NCBI RefSeq assembly: GCF_965601605.1
Contig: NZ_CBFCWJ010000040.1
Coordinates: 2,737-66,736, forward strand
Source of the DNA: Gilvibacter sp.
GTDB taxonomy: Bacteria; Bacteroidota; Bacteroidia; Flavobacteriales; Flavobacteriaceae
Reading direction: 5' to 3'
DNA: 64,000 nucleotides
The position numbers were made by a program, and so were the translations under genes. The notes beneath the pieces are model-generated. The model saw nothing but the letters and a program-made list of their open reading frames with translations, was not told the DNA's origin and did not search any database. This document shows positions 1 to 10,500 of this stretch, in pieces (within the stretch, counting starts at the first letter, position 1; the number at the start of each line of letters is the position of its first letter).

Positions 1-1030
1 CGCCCCAACTGTAACTCGGGATAAAATTACGCGGAAAACCTCCACCGTAGATATTGGCACTCACTCCTACCACTGTTCCGGTATTGAACATAGTATTGAT
101 ACCGCATTTGGAGTGATCACCCATCATCAGCCCACAGAATTGAAGACCAGTTTTGGCAAAGCCTTCTGTGCTGTAATCCCAAAGACGAACTGGCGCATAA
201 TTGTTCTTTAAGTTGGAGTTGTTAGAGTCGGCTCCCATATTACACCATTCTCCTAAAACGGAGTTACCTAGAAAGCCTTCATGCCCTTTGTTGCTGTAAG
301 CAAAAAGCACAGAATTACTGACTTCTCCACCTACTTTACAATGTGGCCCTACCGTGGTTCCGCCATAAATTTTTGCGCCCATTTTAATAGTGGAATGCTC
401 GCAGAGCGCAAAAGGCCCTCTAATGGCACAAGCTTCCATAATTTCAGCGTCTTTACCAATGTAAATGGGCCCGTCAGTAGTATTCAACGAAGCGAGATAA
501 ACCTTTGCTCCTTCTTCAATGAACACCAAATCTGGATCACCGATAACATGAACGCCAGGCTCTAAAGCTTGGGATTTTTTATCCCTGGTCAACCATTCAA
601 AATCTCTAGCAATGGCAGCGGCGTTGTACTTAAAGATATCCCAAGTATTGGCAATACGGATCACATCATCATAGCTGTATTGGATTACCTCCGCAGCATC
701 AAAATCGACTTCCTCCCCTTCAGCAGCAAAGAAAGCCAGGGGCTCGTCTTCATAGAATATAGCTTGTCCTGGTTGCAATCCTTTTACAATGACCGCTAAA
801 TTATCCGATGGCAAAAATGAGCCGTTAATCAAAATATTGGTCTCCATCTCCACCATTGGAAATTTCTCTGACAAATAATCTTCTGTAACGGTCGTTGTAG
901 TGTAGCCCAATAACAGCTCCCATTTTTCACGAATCGTGAGGATTCCTACTCGAATATCTGCAACCGGACGCGTAAAGGTAAAAGGTAACAATTGATCCCG
1001 TACACCGCCGTCAAAGAGTATGTAGTTCAT
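1..1030 (-). CDS. GlmU-family putative sugar nucleotidyltransferase with hexapeptide repeats (3' end runs off the window)
   Basis: Absent from the ORF track. Manual reverse-strand translation from ATG at 1030 gives MNYILFDGGVRDQLLPFTFTRPVADIRVGILTIREKW...SNKGHEGFLGNSVLGEWCNMGADSNNSNLKNNY...FPRNFIPSYSWG, open to position 1. Typical Bacteroidetes GlmU-family protein. Confidence 0.9.
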   Translation of the reverse strand, partial: MNYILFDGGVRDQLLPFTFTRPVADIRVGILTIREKWELLLGYTTTTVTEDYLSEKFPMVEMETNILINGSFLPSDNLAVIVKGLQPGQAIFYEDEPLAFFAAEGEEVDFDAAEVIQYSYDDVIRIANTWDIFKYNAAAIARDFEWLTRDKKSQALEPGVHVIGDPDLVFIEEGAKVYLASLNTTDGPIYIGKDAEIMEACAIRGPFALCEHSTIKMGAKIYGGTTVGPHCKVGGEVSNSVLFAYSNKGHEGFLGNSVLGEWCNMGADSNNSNLKNNYAPVRLWDYSTEGFAKTGLQFCGLMMGDHSKCGINTMFNTGTVVGVSANIYGGGFPRNFIPSYSWG

Positions 1031-1060
1031 AAAGACTTTTTTCTGAGAGTAAAGCTAACA

Positions 1061-1087
1061 AAAAAAGCCTCCGATCTCTCGAAGGCT
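1061..1087 (-). terminator. Intrinsic terminator downstream of rpmE2
   Basis: GCCTCCGA-TCTC-TCGAAGGC imperfect hairpin with an A-run on the left (U-tail on the - strand). Confidence 0.55.
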
Positions 1088-1111
1088 CCTTGCAAAATAA
1101 TAACGTTTCGT

Positions 1112-1363
1112 TTATTTCTTGTACTTGGCGTATTTGTTCTTGAACTTATCAATACGACCAGCAGTATCAACTAATTTAGACTTACCAGTGTAGTAAGGGT
1201 GTGAAGTTCTAGAAATCTCCAACTTCACCAATGGGTACTCTTTTCCGTCTACCTCGATTGTTTCTTTGGTATTGGCTGTTGACTTGGTGATAAAAACATC
1301 ATCGTTTGACATGTCCTTAAAAGCAACAAATCTGTAGTTTTCTGGGTGAATTCCTTTTTTCAT
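1112..1363 (-). CDS. rpmE2: 50S ribosomal protein L31 type B
   Basis: [17 protein letters not shown]...[14 protein letters not shown]...GRIDKF; no CxxC zinc motifs. Confidence 0.97.
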   Translation of the reverse strand: MKKGIHPENYRFVAFKDMSNDDVFITKSTANTKETIEVDGKEYPLVKLEISRTSHPYYTGKSKLVDTAGRIDKFKNKYAKYKK

Positions 1364-1398
1364 CTCGTTATATCTTAAACTTCACATTTTTGAGGTTG

Positions 1399-1406
1399 CA
1401 AATTTA
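1399..1406 (-). promoter_or_regulatory. Bacteroidetes -7 promoter element (TAAATTTG) of rpmE2
   Basis: Exact TAnnTTTG match about 35 nt upstream of the start codon. Confidence 0.65.
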
Positions 1407-1527
1407 ATCATCTTTTATCAATGTACAAGCTTTCTTTTTTATTTTTTGATGTTGATTTGAAAAGAATTTGAAGTGTAACGAATTCTTATCTTTGTGTACT
1501 AACCAACCAAACTAAACACTTCTTCGT

Positions 1528-2055
1528 ATGGAAAATCCACAACCTTCGGTTAAAAACATTGCCTTGAATTACGGTGCCCTTTGGGGATTAGGTTCAATTG
1601 TAATTGGCGTACTCACTTATGTAACGAACACTTATATGGAAAGACCATGGTGGTCTACAGTTTTAGGAGTTGCAATTATGATCGGTGCAATTGTAATGGG
1701 CTATAAGGCATTTCTAAAGCAAAACGGTGGCTATATGAGTCTTGGGGAAGCCCTTAAGACCGGTATGGGAGTTACTTTGATCGCTTCACTAATTGGTGCA
1801 GTTTGGATGTACTTGTTCATTACTGTTGTAGAACCTGGTTTTGTTGATCAAGTAGTAGAAAATGCACAGGTTCAAATGTTAGAGCGTCAACCAGACATGC
1901 CGCAAGAACAAATGGACGCCGCGATGGAAATGACCAGAAATTTCACCCAGCCTTGGATCATGGTTACCATCAGTATTGTTGGAACACTTTTCATGGGATT
2001 CATTACTTCTTTGATCACTGGTTTGATCATGAAGCGCAACAACCCAATGGCATAA
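1528..2055 (+). CDS. DUF4199-family membrane protein
   Basis: Four TM segments, motif A..Y...NGGYMSLGEALKTG; TATCTTTG -7 box upstream. Confidence 0.85.
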   Translation: MENPQPSVKNIALNYGALWGLGSIVIGVLTYVTNTYMERPWWSTVLGVAIMIGAIVMGYKAFLKQNGGYMSLGEALKTGMGVTLIASLIGAVWMYLFITVVEPGFVDQVVENAQVQMLERQPDMPQEQMDAAMEMTRNFTQPWIMVTISIVGTLFMGFITSLITGLIMKRNNPMA

Positions 2056-2064
2056 CACGATTCT

Positions 2065-3006
2065 ATGACCTTATCGGTAGTAATACCTTTACTTAACGAA
2101 AAAGAATCGTTACCAGAATTACACGATTGGATTGCATCAGTGATGGAGTCCAATCGTTTTTCTTATGAACTTCTCTTTATTGACGACGGAAGTACAGATG
2201 GCTCTTGGGAGACCATCAAACAATTGCAAGAAAAGAATCCGCAGGTCAAAGGGATTCGCTTTTTGCAAAACTACGGCAAGTCTCAGGCTCTGCACGCTGG
2301 TTTTAAAGCTGCTGAAGGAGATATTGTCATTACCATGGATGCTGACCTTCAAGATAACCCAGAAGAGATCCCAGAGCTCGTTGCCATGATTGAGCAGGAG
2401 GATTACGATTTGGTTTCAGGTTGGAAGAAAAAGCGTTACGACAATACGGTTACTAAAAATCTGCCCTCCAAACTTTTTAATTTTGCCGCACGCAAGACTT
2501 CTGGTGTAAAACTGCACGATTTTAACTGCGGACTTAAGGCTTACAAAAGCACGGTTACCAAGACCATTGAAGTCACTGGTGAAATGCACCGATACATTCC
2601 AGTTTTGGCAAAAAATGCTGGTTTTCATAATATCGGCGAAAAAGTGGTCAAGCATCAAGCCCGAAAGTACGGTACTACCAAATTCGGTATGGAACGTTTC
2701 ATTAACGGCTTTTTAGACCTGATCACCATTTGGTTCCTCTCCCGCTTTGGCAAACGCCCAATGCACTTCTTTGGGGCTATTGGAGCTTTGATGCTGCTGA
2801 TTGGCTTCCTCTTTAGTTTGTATTTAGGGATTGACAAGTTGTTTTTGAACAAAACTGGACGTTTAATCACAGAACGTCCACAATTCTATCTCGCCTTGAC
2901 TGCAATGATTATGGGAACCCAGTTTTTTATGGCCGGATTCATCGGAGAGATGGTGCTACGCAATCGCGACAGAAAAGATCGTTACTACATCAGCGAGACG
3001 ATCTAA
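2065..3006 (+). CDS. Glycosyltransferase family 2 (polyprenol-phosphate glycosyltransferase, ArnC/DPM1-like)
   Basis: SVVIPLLNE, DDGSTD, NYGKSQAL, MDADLQD motifs; two C-terminal TM helices. Confidence 0.92.
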   Translation: MTLSVVIPLLNEKESLPELHDWIASVMESNRFSYELLFIDDGSTDGSWETIKQLQEKNPQVKGIRFLQNYGKSQALHAGFKAAEGDIVITMDADLQDNPEEIPELVAMIEQEDYDLVSGWKKKRYDNTVTKNLPSKLFNFAARKTSGVKLHDFNCGLKAYKSTVTKTIEVTGEMHRYIPVLAKNAGFHNIGEKVVKHQARKYGTTKFGMERFINGFLDLITIWFLSRFGKRPMHFFGAIGALMLLIGFLFSLYLGIDKLFLNKTGRLITERPQFYLALTAMIMGTQFFMAGFIGEMVLRNRDRKDRYYISETI

Positions 3007-5645
3007 CGCCGAATCAACGAGAAGTGACCACGAGCGCTTCTGCCATCAGGCAACTCAATCAAATACCAATAATCACTAGACGGCATTGGATTACCGCGAT
3101 AGGTTCCATCCCATCCCAATTGATTGTGCCTTAGATTTTTTAGAATTTTCCCGTATCGGTCAAAGATCTTAATGGTGGCTCCCGGGAATTCACGAGCATT
3201 GAAGATATGCCAGAGGTCGTGGAAACCGTCACCATTGGGTGTAAAATAGTTGGGGGCGCCGCCCACAAAAATTTCTTCTTCATAGATCAAACAATCTTGC
3301 GCATAGACTGCAACACGCCTTGGGCCTGCTAAAACATCATTGAACACATTTCCAGATTGCAGGAGTCCGCCGTCCAATTGATATTGCCATGGACCTTCTT
3401 CTGAAATCTCTACGGTCACCGTATTTCGATCTTGAAAATCAGCAACTATCACAGCGATCTCTGCAGGTACAGGTATGGCGACTACATTAACCGTTACCGT
3501 TGTATTACAGCCCACGCCATTAAAGACATCAACCACATATACCCCGGGATCACTCACTGCTATAGTGCGCGTAGTCTCACCGTTATCCCATAAGTAGCCC
3601 GCATAATCACCTGGATCAAGGATGATCTCATCCTCGTCTGGGCAGATCTCAATAGTTATATCCTGAGCTTCAGGAACCGGCCGAATGTCTGGAATAATGC
3701 GACCAATAAAGGCACAATCATTATTATACTCAACTCTATAGTATACTGCCAATTCGGTGTCAAAAGCTGTGAACTGAACCTGATCCACTAAAGGATTGAG
3801 TTCCAACAAAGCATCTTCGCGTGTATCGTAAAAGCTGATATCCGCTCCTGGATAGAGTTCCAAGAGTTGAGCTTCAAAATCCACTAGATCCACAATAGCT
3901 TCAAAATCCGGATTGTCACTGCGATTACATGCCACTAGGGTGACATCTCCGGCATAGGCCATAGGTTCTACGATCAAGGTCACTGGCGCGATAGCAAAAC
4001 AGAGTGCATTTTCAAAAACGCGCACATAGACTACCTGCCCATTAAATTCATTCTCGTAGCCAATTTCGGGTAATGCATTTTCATTGTTCTCGGCATCGGC
4101 TAAGGTTCTAAAGAAATTCACCGTAAATCCACGAGGATCCCCAATGAGTTCAGTCAAAGCTTCATTGAGATTAAAACGAGAGATTCCATCGTCCATACCA
4201 TCAATATCGCATTGTACAAGTTGCACTCCGCTATTGACAATAGGCGCATCACCTATCTCTACAAACTCAATATAACGTTGGGTCGGACGCGTCTCGTACT
4301 CGACATCTAAAGTCACTGTGTAGACCCCCGGGCCACTAAAAATATGTGTTGGATTGATCAAAGTGGAGGTATTTGCCGCCCCACTGGCCGGATCGCCAAA
4401 GTTCCAATTGACTGCCACTATGGGTTCATCAGAAGTGATGGTGAATGACGTCTCATCTCCCAAGCAGAAATTCTCAATATCTACAATACTTTCAAAAAAA
4501 GACTGAATGAATGGCGGTAATCCAAATTTGGTGGAGCGACCACCCAAATCAGTATCATACAACCTAAAATCACTATCTAAACGCGGGAAATTTGGCGTTC
4601 GGATCACCGAAAGATTGTTATTCGGAATAGAATGATAGATCTTTTTATCAATAGCAATCTGCAGCGTCCCGGCCAAATCACTGATGAATGGATTGGGAAT
4701 GTCGGCCACCGTAAATCTTGAGGCTACTATATCTGGCGCTTCAAGATCGTATTGAATGATATTGATGTTCTCTGTAGCCCCTGTGTCACCGTTAATGGTT
4801 TTTCCACTGGCATAGAGCTTGGAAGAATCCGCAGAGAATTCTACCCCATAAAACACCAAATCGGTTCCTAGAACCATTTCATTACTCACCACACCAGTTT
4901 CTGTATTGAAATCATACAAAAGGAACTGTCCCGTAAAGTTGGGCTGGAATATGGAATGTGCTACCGCTAGTTTATCTCCATCCGGAGAAGATTTTATCGC
5001 GCCGCGAATATTGTTGAAGTCGTTGATATTGGGACCAATAGTTGAAATAACAGGAGTAGGATTCAATCCTGTATCGCTAACAAAATAGGCGTAGAATCGA
5101 TTTTCATAATGGGTAATCACCCAATAGTTCTCGCCGTCTGCAGCACGGACACCGGTGATCTTTTCGGAACCCTGAGGCAAAAGATTCATGTTCTTTTCCG
5201 TGACATCACCTAAACCTCCACCCAAATTCATATCGACCACAGAATAGTTAAAACCGTTACCCGCTCCACCGTCTTGATAAGCTTGAACCACGTCAGAAGT
5301 AAAAATATAATAGAGGTTGGTAGTACCCGGCTGTGGAATTACCAAAGCCGATTGTGTAGCCGAAAAACTACCGTTGAGATCCTCACCGTTGGGCATGACC
5401 TCGTGAATGCGATTCCATACATTGCGCCCTTCTGTGTAGAATAATAAGGTGCCTTCTGGTGTTGAAATGGTCTCGCAACCCTCAACGGTATTGAGAACAC
5501 CATCCAAACGCGGCACAGGTTCTCCAGAATTGAAATCCAAGCCCGCGTTGCTGCCAAAAAACCAATTGGCGGCTTCACGTTGCCCATGAGCCAGGCTCAC
5601 GAGTAAAAGTAAACATAGGAATACTACGCGTTTCAAAGGGTGCAA
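3003..5645 (-). CDS. T9SS type B sorting-domain surface protein (N-terminal beta-propeller, PKD domain, SprB-like repeats)
   Basis: Signal peptide, AANWFFG start, PKD motif WNFGDPASG...HIFSGPGVYTV, C-terminus PNYFTPNGDGFHDLW...IFDRYGK...GWDG...DYWY...GHFSLIRR. Confidence 0.9.
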   Translation of the reverse strand: MHPLKRVVFLCLLLLVSLAHGQREAANWFFGSNAGLDFNSGEPVPRLDGVLNTVEGCETISTPEGTLLFYTEGRNVWNRIHEVMPNGEDLNGSFSATQSALVIPQPGTTNLYYIFTSDVVQAYQDGGAGNGFNYSVVDMNLGGGLGDVTEKNMNLLPQGSEKITGVRAADGENYWVITHYENRFYAYFVSDTGLNPTPVISTIGPNINDFNNIRGAIKSSPDGDKLAVAHSIFQPNFTGQFLLYDFNTETGVVSNEMVLGTDLVFYGVEFSADSSKLYASGKTINGDTGATENINIIQYDLEAPDIVASRFTVADIPNPFISDLAGTLQIAIDKKIYHSIPNNNLSVIRTPNFPRLDSDFRLYDTDLGGRSTKFGLPPFIQSFFESIVDIENFCLGDETSFTITSDEPIVAVNWNFGDPASGAANTSTLINPTHIFSGPGVYTVTLDVEYETRPTQRYIEFVEIGDAPIVNSGVQLVQCDIDGMDDGISRFNLNEALTELIGDPRGFTVNFFRTLADAENNENALPEIGYENEFNGQVVYVRVFENALCFAIAPVTLIVEPMAYAGDVTLVACNRSDNPDFEAIVDLVDFEAQLLELYPGADISFYDTREDALLELNPLVDQVQFTAFDTELAVYYRVEYNNDCAFIGRIIPDIRPVPEAQDITIEICPDEDEIILDPGDYAGYLWDNGETTRTIAVSDPGVYVVDVFNGVGCNTTVTVNVVAIPVPAEIAVIVADFQDRNTVTVEISEEGPWQYQLDGGLLQSGNVFNDVLAGPRRVAVYAQDCLIYEEEIFVGGAPNYFTPNGDGFHDLWHIFNAREFPGATIKIFDRYGKILKNLRHNQLGWDGTYRGNPMPSSDYWYLIELPDGRSARGHFSLIRR

Positions 5646-5680
5646 TTTTTGGTTAAATATAAGGATCAGATTTGGTTTTA

Positions 5681-6649
5681 TTACTGTTTATCAAGGCGGA
5701 TTCGCGACGGAACGGTACCTACTCCGGTACTGCCGTCAAATCCTAAATAGCCCTCTACGAGCCACAATTCGAACACAGAATCCTCTAAAGGATCTAAAGG
5801 GGCGTTCTCACTATCAGGTCCCAAAAGGATATCGTCTGCCCGCTCACTACAATTTGCATTGAGCTTGCGCAGTTGGTTTTCCCAAAAGAAGGATTCATTA
5901 CAACCCACAGTAAAATAGAACACACGCGGACGGCCGTTAGTAGGTGATTCCGGCGGGCCGGGAAAACGGATCTCCCTCACGTTTTGATTGGCACCCGTAG
6001 TAATTTGTACTAAATGAGGCGGACCAAAAGTAGGTCCAAAAGGACCATCCACCACACTACTGTATCGGTAGGTTCCTGTGAATAACTCAGGCGCAATGGG
6101 CTCCACCAATGGAATTGCATACCTGTAGGGCGAACTAAAAAAGGTCTCAAAAGCAATGATACAAGAGGCGCCACTGCCTACCGTAAAGGTGCGTTCATCT
6201 TCTAAGCGAATCAATAGACGCAAAACAACTTGGTCCCCACAACTGGATGCGGACAGCGGTACTGACAAAGCAGTTAAAACCTCATTTAAACTGTAATCGA
6301 GATTAAATCGAGGTAATCCAACCGGCCCCGTTTCAATGTCTTCCTTTTTAATAACATCAAAAAGAACCTCGGTATCCGGAACATTCCCATTGTCCGAATC
6401 ACGATCTATATACTGCGCATAAACTTCAATCTCTCGCAGCAAGTCGCCTTCCTCAACGTCTTGTTGTTCCACAACAGCATTGAAACGACTCTCGGGATCG
6501 TTGATATTAAAATCAGCTTGGACAAAATCTACGGTGCGCAAAAAGGAACCATTGGTCACGCCTTCAAAAACGAGATCAATGGCTTTGTCATCATCGGAGC
6601 ATTGCACAAAAAGCAAACCGCCCACGATTAGTAATAGCAATTTTTTCAT
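5681..6649 (-). CDS. Putative outer-membrane lipoprotein, function unknown
   Basis: Lipoprotein signal MKKLLLLIVGGLLFVQ-C-SDDD; co-oriented with and 36 nt from the T9SS gene. Confidence 0.75.
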   Translation of the reverse strand: MKKLLLLIVGGLLFVQCSDDDKAIDLVFEGVTNGSFLRTVDFVQADFNINDPESRFNAVVEQQDVEEGDLLREIEVYAQYIDRDSDNGNVPDTEVLFDVIKKEDIETGPVGLPRFNLDYSLNEVLTALSVPLSASSCGDQVVLRLLIRLEDERTFTVGSGASCIIAFETFFSSPYRYAIPLVEPIAPELFTGTYRYSSVVDGPFGPTFGPPHLVQITTGANQNVREIRFPGPPESPTNGRPRVFYFTVGCNESFFWENQLRKLNANCSERADDILLGPDSENAPLDPLEDSVFELWLVEGYLGFDGSTGVGTVPSRIRLDKQ

Positions 6650-6796
6650 TGTTCATAGGTTGGTACTCGAAAATACCGCAGGATTGTGTTATTTTTGGTA
6701 AATCCGATAGACGTTTACTCTATTTACCCCTCTAATTTCAATCCAACAAGAGTTTTAAGCTTTTCTAAAAAAGTGCCCCTAACAGGGCGATTATTG

Positions 6797-6804
6797 TACC
6801 TTTG
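6797..6804 (+). promoter_or_regulatory. -7 promoter element (TACCTTTG) of the phosphosugar mutase operon
   Basis: Exact TAnnTTTG match 16 nt before ATG 6821. Confidence 0.65.
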
Positions 6805-6820
6805 TTAATAATTCATAGCA

Positions 6821-8542
6821 ATGATTTACATAGCACCAGAAATTTTAGAGCGCGTGAACCAATGGTTGGTTCCGTTTTTTGATGAAACTACGCAACAGGA
6901 GATCAAAGAGATGATCGCAAGCGACCCCAAAGGCTTGGAAGATTCCTTTTACAAGAATTTAGCTTTTGGAACTGGTGGCATGCGTGGAATTATGGGACCG
7001 GGAGATAACCGGATCAACAAATACACCTTAGGCAAGAATACCCAAGGTCTTTCTCAGTACCTCAAAAAGGTGTTCCCTGGTGAATCTTTAAAAGTGGCTA
7101 TTGCTTATGATTGTCGTCACAACAGTAAAAGTTTAGCGGCAGAAGTTGCCAATGTATTTTCTGCCAACGGGATCGAGGTGTTCTTGTTTTCTGACCTGCG
7201 CCCTACTCCAGAACTTTCTTTTGCGGTAAAGCATTTGAACTGTCACTGCGGAATTGTTTTGACAGCATCGCACAATCCGCCGGAATACAATGGTTACAAG
7301 GTATATTGGCAAGACGGAGGTCAATTGGTGCCGCCGCAAGACAAAGAGATCATTGCTGTGATCAATGAATTGGCCTATACCGACATTCAATTTAAAGGTA
7401 ATGCGGACTTGATCCACAATATAGATACTGAACTGGACGAGGCTTTCATCTCAGCTTCATTGGAAAACGGGATGAAAGATACCACGCCAGAACAGCGAGC
7501 AGCCTTGAAGGTGGTCTTTACCCCTTTACACGGAACCTCAGTTACCGTGATTCCAGAAGTATTGACCCGTGCGGGTTATTCACAGATGCAGATCGTAGAA
7601 GCCCAAGCGACTCCAGATGGAGATTTCCCAACGGTTAAATCTCCCAACCCAGAAGAGCCAGAAGCCCTTTCTATTGCCATGAAAATAGCCGAGGACACCG
7701 GAGCAGACATGGTTATTGGGACCGATCCAGATTCGGACCGTTTAGGAATTGCCGTGCGCGATGAAAATGGCAAGATGACCATTTTGAATGGTAATCAAGC
7801 CATGGTTATCAAAACACATTTCTTGTTGGCGCAAAAAGCAGCCAGCAGCGGAATTCAGTCCGAAGATTATATAGCTTCCACCATTGTTTCTACTCCCATG
7901 ATGGGCGTTTTGGCTGCAGATTACGGCATGCCGTGTGAATTGGGCTTGACTGGGTTCAAATGGATTGCCAAAATGGTCAAGGACATGCCTGAACGCAATT
8001 TAATTGGTGGTGGAGAAGAAAGCTTCGGATTTATGGTAGGCGATTTTGTTCGCGATAAAGACGCTGTGACCGCTAGTTTGTTAGCTTGTGAGATCGCTGC
8101 CCAACAAAAAGCCAAAGGCGAAACCTTATTGGACTATGCCGTGGAGCTTTATAAAAAGTACGGAGTTTATCAGGAAGAATTGATCTCCTTTGTAAAACCA
8201 GGGAAGTCTGGTGCAGAAGAGATTCAAGCCATGATGAAGTCCCTAAGAGAAACCCCTTTAAAAGAAATTATTGGAGAATCCGTAGTGCGCGTTGATGACT
8301 ATCAATACAGTGTGAGCACGCACCCTGACGGTTCTCAAACCCCCATCGACATGCCAAAGTCGAACGTTTTGATCTATTGGACCGACCAAGGAACCAAAGT
8401 GGCTGCCCGCCCAAGTGGTACCGAGCCAAAGATCAAATTCTATCTCAGTGCCAATGCGCCCTGGGAAGGCAATTATCGTAAAACGCAAGCCGCATTGCTA
8501 GACAAAATGGATCGCATTGCAGCTCAATTCAATCTGCGCTAG
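6821..8542 (+). CDS. pgm: Phospho-sugar mutase (phosphoglucomutase/phosphomannomutase)
   Basis: FGTGGMRG, TASHNP (phosphoserine), DPDSDR (metal loop), GGEES, RPSGTEPKIK motifs. Confidence 0.95.
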   Translation: MIYIAPEILERVNQWLVPFFDETTQQEIKEMIASDPKGLEDSFYKNLAFGTGGMRGIMGPGDNRINKYTLGKNTQGLSQYLKKVFPGESLKVAIAYDCRHNSKSLAAEVANVFSANGIEVFLFSDLRPTPELSFAVKHLNCHCGIVLTASHNPPEYNGYKVYWQDGGQLVPPQDKEIIAVINELAYTDIQFKGNADLIHNIDTELDEAFISASLENGMKDTTPEQRAALKVVFTPLHGTSVTVIPEVLTRAGYSQMQIVEAQATPDGDFPTVKSPNPEEPEALSIAMKIAEDTGADMVIGTDPDSDRLGIAVRDENGKMTILNGNQAMVIKTHFLLAQKAASSGIQSEDYIASTIVSTPMMGVLAADYGMPCELGLTGFKWIAKMVKDMPERNLIGGGEESFGFMVGDFVRDKDAVTASLLACEIAAQQKAKGETLLDYAVELYKKYGVYQEELISFVKPGKSGAEEIQAMMKSLRETPLKEIIGESVVRVDDYQYSVSTHPDGSQTPIDMPKSNVLIYWTDQGTKVAARPSGTEPKIKFYLSANAPWEGNYRKTQAALLDKMDRIAAQFNLR

Positions 8543-10392
8543 TGCAATATTTTAAACAGATTATCTCTTTCGCGCGCCCCTACAAGCGCTTCGCTCTGGG
8601 GAATATAGTGTGTAATATCTTTTACGCATTATTCAGCGCCTTATCTTTTGTCACGCTGATTCCAATGTTGGACGTGCTCTTTAAAAATGAGCTGGTCAAT
8701 GGACAGCCTGGCACTGCTAAAAAACCAGAGTATACCGGTATAGCAGATACAGTGGACTATTTTAAACAGTATATGGCCTATCAGGTAGACCAATTTGCTC
8801 AAGACGATGCCTCAAAGGCCTTGATCTTGGTGATCGGTCTGGTGATTGTGATGTTCTTCTTTAAGAATATCTTCAATTATTTGGCGATGTATTTCATCAC
8901 GTTCTTGCGCAACGGTGTATTGAAGGATCTCCGCAACGCCTTGTTCGATAAGATCACACGCTTGCCCATTGCCTTTTATTCAGAAAAACGCAAAGGAGAC
9001 ACTATTGCTAGAATCTCTAATGATGTTCAGGAGATTCAGCATTCCTTCCTTTCTATTCTGGAGTTGATCGTAAGAGAGCCGCTGACCATTTTGTTTACCA
9101 TTATTACCATGCTGCTCATTAGCGGCAAGCTGACCATTTTTGTCTTTGTGTTCATTCCGATATCAGGATTCATAATTTCTCGCATCGGAAAATCATTAAA
9201 GCGAAAGTCCGATCGTGTTCAAGCAGAACAAGGAACCTTCCTATCTATTGTTGAAGAAACTTTAGGCGGATTGAAAGTGATCAAAGGATTTAACGGTGAA
9301 GGAGCTTTTAATAAGAAGTTTCAGGCCTCTACCATGCGCTTTTACAACTTTTCAAATAAGCTACTCAACAGACAGAATTTCGCTTCCCCGACCTCTGAAT
9401 TCTTGGGGATCTTTGTGATTGCTATCCTGCTTTGGTTTGGCGGACGTATGGTTTTGATCGATGGTACTTTGGATGGCAGTGATTTTATCGCTTATATGGG
9501 ATTGGCCTATAACATCCTCACTCCGGCGAAAGCGATCAGTAAGGCGAGCTACAGCGTAAAACGTGGAAACGCAGCCGCACAGCGTGTTTTAGAGATCCTA
9601 AACACAGAATCATCACTGGAAGACAAACCCAACGCCGTAGATAAAAAAGAATTCGAGCAAAGCATCAGCTTGAACAATATCTCCTTCAAATATGAAGAGG
9701 AGTATGTGCTCAAGGACTTTAATTTAGAGGTTAAAAAAGGGCAAAGTGTAGCCTTGGTGGGGCAATCTGGTAGCGGAAAAATCTACCATTGCCAATTTAG
9801 TAACACGATTCTATGATGTCAACAAAGGGAGACATCAGCGTTGATGGAACGGATATTAGAGACTTAACCAAAGCTTCCCTGCGAGGGCTTATGGGATTGG
9901 TTACACAAAGATTCCATCCTATTCAATGACACCATTAAAAACAACCTGCTCTTAGGAAAGCCAGACGCTACGGATAAAGAAGTGCATCGCGCCTTAGAAG
10001 TGGCTAATGCCTGGGAGTTTGTAAAGGACTTAACCGCAAGGCGTTGAAACCAATATTGGAGATGCCGGTAATAAACTCTCCGGAGGACAAAAGCAGCGTC
10101 TCAGCATTGCTCGTGCCGTTTTAAAGAAACCCGCCAATTATGGTTTTGGATGAAGCCACCTCGGCCCTAGATACAGAATCCGAACGTTTGGTGCAGGATG
10201 CATTGGAGAACATGATGCAAAACAGAACTTCCCATTGTGATTGCGCACCGACTATCTACCATTCAAGAATGCCCGATCATATCGTGGTATTACAAAAAGG
10301 AGGAAATTGCTGAGCAGGGAACCCACCAACAGTTGTTGGATAAAAAAGGGATCTATCACAGCTTGGTTTCCATGCAGTCTTTAGGCGCTTAA
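8542..10392 (+). pseudogene. MsbA-like ABC exporter (permease plus ATPase); the ATPase half is broken by 8 single-base insertions, probably sequencing errors
   Basis: The ORF track stops at 9816. Removing one base at about 9781, 9828, 10033, 10128, 10232, 10266, 10273 and 10303 restores GQSGSGKST...LVTQDSILFNDTI...[32 protein letters not shown]...[14 protein letters not shown]...SMQSLGA* ending at TAA 10390-10392. Confidence 0.85.
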
Positions 10393-10409
10393 CGCACTCA
10401 GCACATACA

Positions 10410-10500
10410 AACAAAAAAAAAGCAGATCTTTCGATCTGCTCTTTTTTTTAACTGCTGCCGTATTTGGGGCTCACAACAGCAGTATGATTTAATTAACAAC
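10410..10500 (-). ncRNA. Candidate small RNA 1 (hairpin exposing AGCCCCAA, then terminator)
   Basis: -7-like TACATTTA (10505-10512) with TTTG 20 nt upstream. Stem ACTGCTGTTG/CGGCAGCAGT encloses TGAGCCCCAAATA; ends in the terminator. No ATG-initiated ORF. Ends are approximate. Confidence 0.5.
10411..10449. terminator. Bidirectional intrinsic terminator
   Basis: A-run, AGCAGATC-TTTC-GATCTGCT perfect hairpin (10421-10440), T-run. Confidence 0.85.

Noticed and set aside
1112-1363. Zinc-free L31 as a sign of a Zur-controlled zinc-starvation locus
   Set aside because: Type B L31 is the usual form in Bacteroidetes, and no zinc-uptake genes or operator are nearby.
8542-9816. 424-aa ORF-track product as a complete protein with a novel C-terminus (KIYHCQFSNTIL)
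   Set aside because: The tail is an out-of-frame artefact of the first insertion; the real ATPase domain continues to 10392.
9776-10310. Programmed frameshifting or phase variation in the MsbA-like gene
   Set aside because: Eight independent +1 events in runs of only 2-5 bases cannot be recoded and are too short for slipped-strand switching; the pattern fits read error.
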